This document shows positions 59,725-64,000 of a stretch of DNA of 64,000 nucleotides, piece after piece. Location: contig MU008169.1 in assembly GCA_010909165.1 (NCBI GenBank), positions 1,550,001-1,614,000 on the forward strand, written 5' to 3'. A program made the position numbers and the translations under genes. Origin of the DNA: Anthoceros angustus. Its lineage: Eukaryota > Plantae > Anthocerotophyta. How positions within the stretch are numbered: position 1 is the first letter of the stretch; the number at the start of each line of letters is the position of its first letter. The notes beneath the pieces were generated by a model. It worked only from the letters and a program-made list of their open reading frames with translations. It ran no database searches and was not told the DNA's origin.

Positions 59725-60179
59725 ACGAATTGCTGTGAGATACCTTGCACCTTCCCATTGTATTAGAATTTAAACACCTTCACTAGTGGAAGGCATTCCT
59801 ATGCCTACGGGTTTATCCTTACGTATGACCTAGAACTAGACATCTTTCCACAATTACCGAAATGCTTAATGATAGATTGCCCAACAATAAGCCCAACTTT
59901 CAATTGCTTTTGTGTGCAAGACCTTTTATGGCGCGGAGCGATATGCCTTCGGCCCCTTCTGCAGGCTGGAATTATACAGGCACCTGGTAGGCGGCCAAAA
60001 CGCATACTTACAATGGTTGTCAACAATGTCATCTTGGGTAGATGATACCTCCAATATGAAGACTTCTATTTCAATGCTTCGTGGAAAAGGAGACTTTATT
60101 ATAAAAAAGAGATGGAAAAATCAATCCACTCCAAAAACAAAGGGGGAAAAACCCAACGAAGGGCACCATGCTAAGGGGA

Positions 60180-60430
60180 TTAGCCCCCACGATCACGCAT
60201 TTCAAAACTACTAGTTACCCGAAGAACTTCGTGGTCAGGGATGCGAAAAGACCTACATACCATCGATGTCAAAGAAGCCGCATCTCCCGCGCTCGTTGTC
60301 GTTCTGTACATTGCGTTGGCTAATGCCCTTTGCTGAGCGATGGAAACCCTATGCCGTAAGAAAACAAGGGGGACGAAGTTGTGACCGTCTTGCATAGAAG
60401 AATACTTGTGAACCTTAGCCATAGCGCTGC
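60180..60430 (-). mobile_element. Non-LTR retrotransposon C-terminal restriction-like endonuclease remnant
   Basis: AKVHKY...HNFVPLVFLRHRVSIAQQRALANAM resembles the K..KY...F.PL...RLSIALQR.NA motif of RLE LINEs. Confidence 0.5.
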
Positions 60431-60599
60431 CCTATACCAAAGGGCTGAAAAAGTCCTATTTCAATGCTTCCTTTATGTGAGAGGTGGCTAGAAGGCCCGG
60501 AGCCTACATGGTACATAAATGAATTAGTTAAAATTAATTATATTCCGGTCTTGGTCCCTTACTTCCTGAATGTATCCTTGTGTTCACATTAGTGACGAC

Positions 60600-60640
60600 A
60601 AGAAAAGAGGAAGAATGAAGTCTATTTTAGTCCACTTGGA
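60600..60640 (-). mobile_element. Degenerate retroposon 3' tail
   Basis: Reverse complement AGTGGACTAAAATAGACTTCATTCTTCCTCTTTTCT. Confidence 0.35.
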
Positions 60641-60810
60641 CGCCAGCGATTTGAAGACTTCCAATATTCGCCATTCGGTGGAAGACGACATTCTCCATCC
60701 CCATCCGTCTACGTGCTTGTAGGCTGGAGTGACTGAGTTTGATATTCGGATTAGCTTCGATCTCAGCGTCAGATCTGCCCAGAATGGCAGAAAGTTGTGC
60801 ATGTGAGTTT

Positions 60811-63744
60811 TCATCCACTCGAACAAGAAAAAACAGGCGAATGGGGTCGAAGAGAACCCCAGCGTCCCACCATGCACTTGCTCAAGCGTGTCCAGAGTGG
60901 TAAGCTATCGATAGAGTCGACTGTCACGGCTCTGTTCTCTTCCATGTCTGATTCCGACACTTCGAACCCGCTTCTCACGTGCCGTTGCCCCTTCCGAGCG
61001 GTGCTCCTTTCCTCAGAGTGGCGGGCATCCGGCAGCAACGCCTCCTGCAATCCTTCTAAGTTGTCCGCTTTGTCCAGATACATTGCGGATGTGATCACGG
61101 CAGCCACCAAGGCACAAACTCCAGGGAGCGTTGCCAAGACAAGGCGCACGATGGATCTAGGGCAATTGGGTGACTTGGAAGACACAGCACAGGCAGGGGA
61201 ATCGCCTATCACGAGCGATACAAGACAGACAAGCATCAGTCAAGCACGCTCGGAGGGGATGCAGGTGCGGAAGGGTGAGAAACTGACCATGGTAATCCTC
61301 GATAATGTAGAGCGCTATCCCGCATGCCAGCTTCTCGACAAAGCTCAGAGATCCGTACACGAAAGCACAGCCGCTGAGAGTTTTGCCCACCAGTACTCCT
61401 TCCATGCTCGTCGCTGTAACCTGAGATGGCGAGATGGGAATGCAAGCTGAAGCTAGACCACGAGTCTAGCTAGAAGTTCATCCGGGGCAAGAATCGAGGC
61501 AACATATCCAAGACTCTGTCGAGGAAGGTGGATTGAAGCATACCAGGATCATGGCATTTGCCACTCCAACAGCAACAGAGACAGGGTAGATGATGGAACT
61601 GAAGGTGGATTGTATGGAGAAGAACGCTGCCCCGGATAAAACCCATAGAACAGCGCCCCCAGTGAAAACGAGTTTCAATTTGGGGCTGGTCCAGTTGAGC
61701 TCCTGGAAATGACGTACAGGAGACACGAGTTCATGTCAAAACAAGCAGATGAAGTGGCCAGCGCTGAAGTGATCAGACAGCCTTAGCAGAATGTTTTCAA
61801 GAACAGAAATTGGATATCATGTCAGTCAGCTACCTGCATTAGAAGGGAGCATATGAAGCTACATACGTACACAAGAGCTGGCACCTGTGAAACAGTCAGC
61901 AGGAGGAAATTGATGGAGATGGTTATCATGGAATGGGATGTCTGCAGAAAGAAGATTTTTCACGGCTAAAGGGGTACAAAACTGCACTCTGTTCCTTACC
62001 ACCGCTTTGTTGGCCTGTCCCATTTTTAAGTCGTCGATGACAAAGAAAGGAAGAAGGGCCTGCAGATTTGACCTTCACTCAGTACGTTGAAAGAGTTGAT
62101 TCGGAAATGTCTGTTCTGAAAAGACGTAGTGGTGACCCCAGAACTTGTTTAGTTACCCTCAATTCATGGGTTCCGATTCTCACCTGTGAAACATTTGTTG
62201 CAAGGCGTGCAAGCATATAGACTACAGCTACTTGGTAGTAGAGAGGCTTGCGGAACCAAAATAAGGGAGAGACTTTCAACTTGGCGGTTGAAACATCAGA
62301 ATGGTGTGTCAACCTGCGGACAAGACAGGAGGCCTGCACACATGACTGACAAGAGATAGACTCTTTCGTCGTCTGCCGGTGTATACGGTCTTGCTAAGTG
62401 TGCTGCGTAACAAACATGATACAAAAGGATCTCACCTAGGCTCTGACACCAAGCTGAAAAATGAGAACAAACACGCAACCTGTAGCAATAGCCAGCCCTG
62501 CAATCCATCGGTACTGATACCCAAGCCCAATGGTAACAAGGCATGTCAGCTGCACTTCAATCCAGCCAAAGCAAGTTGTTAGCACAAAGATGAAAACCAC
62601 ACATACCTGCCGTTGCACCTGAGTTACTGTGTCAGAAGGCATGGTTTGGAAGACAGTAAAAGCAATCGCGTACAAGAAGAGGTTTGCGAGCTGCACATCA
62701 CATTGCAGTAGATCATTAGGTCCTGGCCTACATCGCAGCCCACAAGTTGCTGCTTGTTCAGCGAGAAGGATAATACTCTTCTGACCATAGTGAATGCATT
62801 GCGACAGCTGTTCAGCGCCACTCTGCTCGTCGCATTTGATGTAATGCAGTTGACCAACGACCTGCAGGATCAACCCCAAAGAGCTTCACATCTCATGTGT
62901 ACGAAGATGGTAGGTGTAATGTGCTGGCAAGATGAGGACGTGAATAATTCGAAGAAAGAAGAGCTGTACATGTGCGAGACTTGGGTTCCAGCCCACCCCA
63001 CGTTGAAAATGGCTGCATACAAACTAGAACCGTACACATGTGCTGCGGTAGAGGTTGCCCCAAGGAGGGTACATGTCCAGCACCCTCCGAACACAGAGGA
63101 GAAGGAGATTGCCACAAGCAGGGAACCCCCCGCATGCCATAGCTTAAATCTCCCAAACTTATCTATCTGAATGCAAGGAGCTGATAAGGCTTGCAGACGT
63201 TATCAAAAACGAAAGGAGCACAATCCACCATGACCATGTGAGATATGAACAAACTCTTAACGATAACAGCACTAAGCCCACTCACCAATTGCCCGACAGA
63301 TAGTGTGCCAATCCCATCCGCCACCTGTCCAGCAAGCATGACAACTCCAGCTTGCCTGAATGCATGACCATCAAATGGTGGCTGTAAGACGAAGGTGCCA
63401 TCAATGGACCAGAAACAGCACAGGCCTGGGACTGTCTTCAACCTGAGCTCACAAGCTAAACCAGAAGCTTACTTTGGTGACAAGCCGACATGAGTGAGGA
63501 AAATCAAAAGGTACGTGAACCAGCAAGCAGCCGTGAGATCGTTCAGCATATGCCCCGTTCCATATGCCAGTATCTGTGGCCTTGTAAGCGGGACCTCCGA
63601 GGGACCGGTGACATCCCCATGCTCCTCTCGGATGCTTAATTCTTGCTGCCCAAGCCTCTCAGCTTTGTGAGGGGCACCGTGGGGCAAATTCGGTCCATCC
63701 AAGAACCGAGAATCTGATGCACCCACGACATGAGGCGAATCCAT
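60811..63744 (-). CDS. Major facilitator superfamily transporter (MFSD12-like), multi-exon
   Basis: AYGTGHMLNDLTAACWFTYLL, AGVVMLAGQVADG, FNVGWAGTQVSHM, FTMVANLFLY, YYQVAVVYMLARLATNVSQ and AFVYGSLSFVEKLACG. Confidence 0.93.
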
Positions 63745-64000
63745 GCTCACTCAACGGGAATGGAGATACGATTTAGTACACATATATTCTAATTACTGTA
63801 ACAGCAGCTTCCAATATATCCAACAAGCTCGGATCCGTCCTGGCGTTCATCATGTGCTCGACTCCAGGAATCCGGCCGCTGCAAAGATGCAAATCAAAAT
63901 AAGACAGATGAATGACAAAGGAGGGCCATATCTGCTATCACCTCTGCGCTTAATTGTCCCTCTTGCCATCCTCTCCCTGAGCTCCAGAACGCACCTCAAA

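Overview
Gene-dense nuclear DNA from a seed-free land plant with short (~60-160 bp) GT-AG introns. A hornwort (Anthoceros-like) is inferred from the compact gene spacing and a GRP-terminated DYW:KP PPR gene. Recognisable genes, left to right: WAT1/UMAMIT transporter, strictosidine synthase-like protein, plastid 2-Cys peroxiredoxin, ELP5, a TPR protein, a conserved plant protein of unknown function, NRPB10, an alpha/beta hydrolase, JMJ22, a group III WRKY, two inverted ORM copies enclosing a PPR-DYW gene, ASD, ECR1/UBA3 and an MFS transporter. Between them lie accessory islands: a CACTA end, LTR/gypsy/copia remnants, a short retroposon family with a shared 3' tail, tandem repeats, a stranded PHD-finger gene fragment, a processed COAD pseudogene and two orphan tail-anchored ORFs. 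The most notable locus is at 45-53 kb. It holds an intronless, frameshifted gene in which an OSB-type PDF ssDNA-binding motif is joined to a PLS PPR array and a DYW:KP (candidate U-to-C editing) deaminase, and it sits between inverted ORM paralogues. All family assignments come from motif recognition by eye; no database searches were run.
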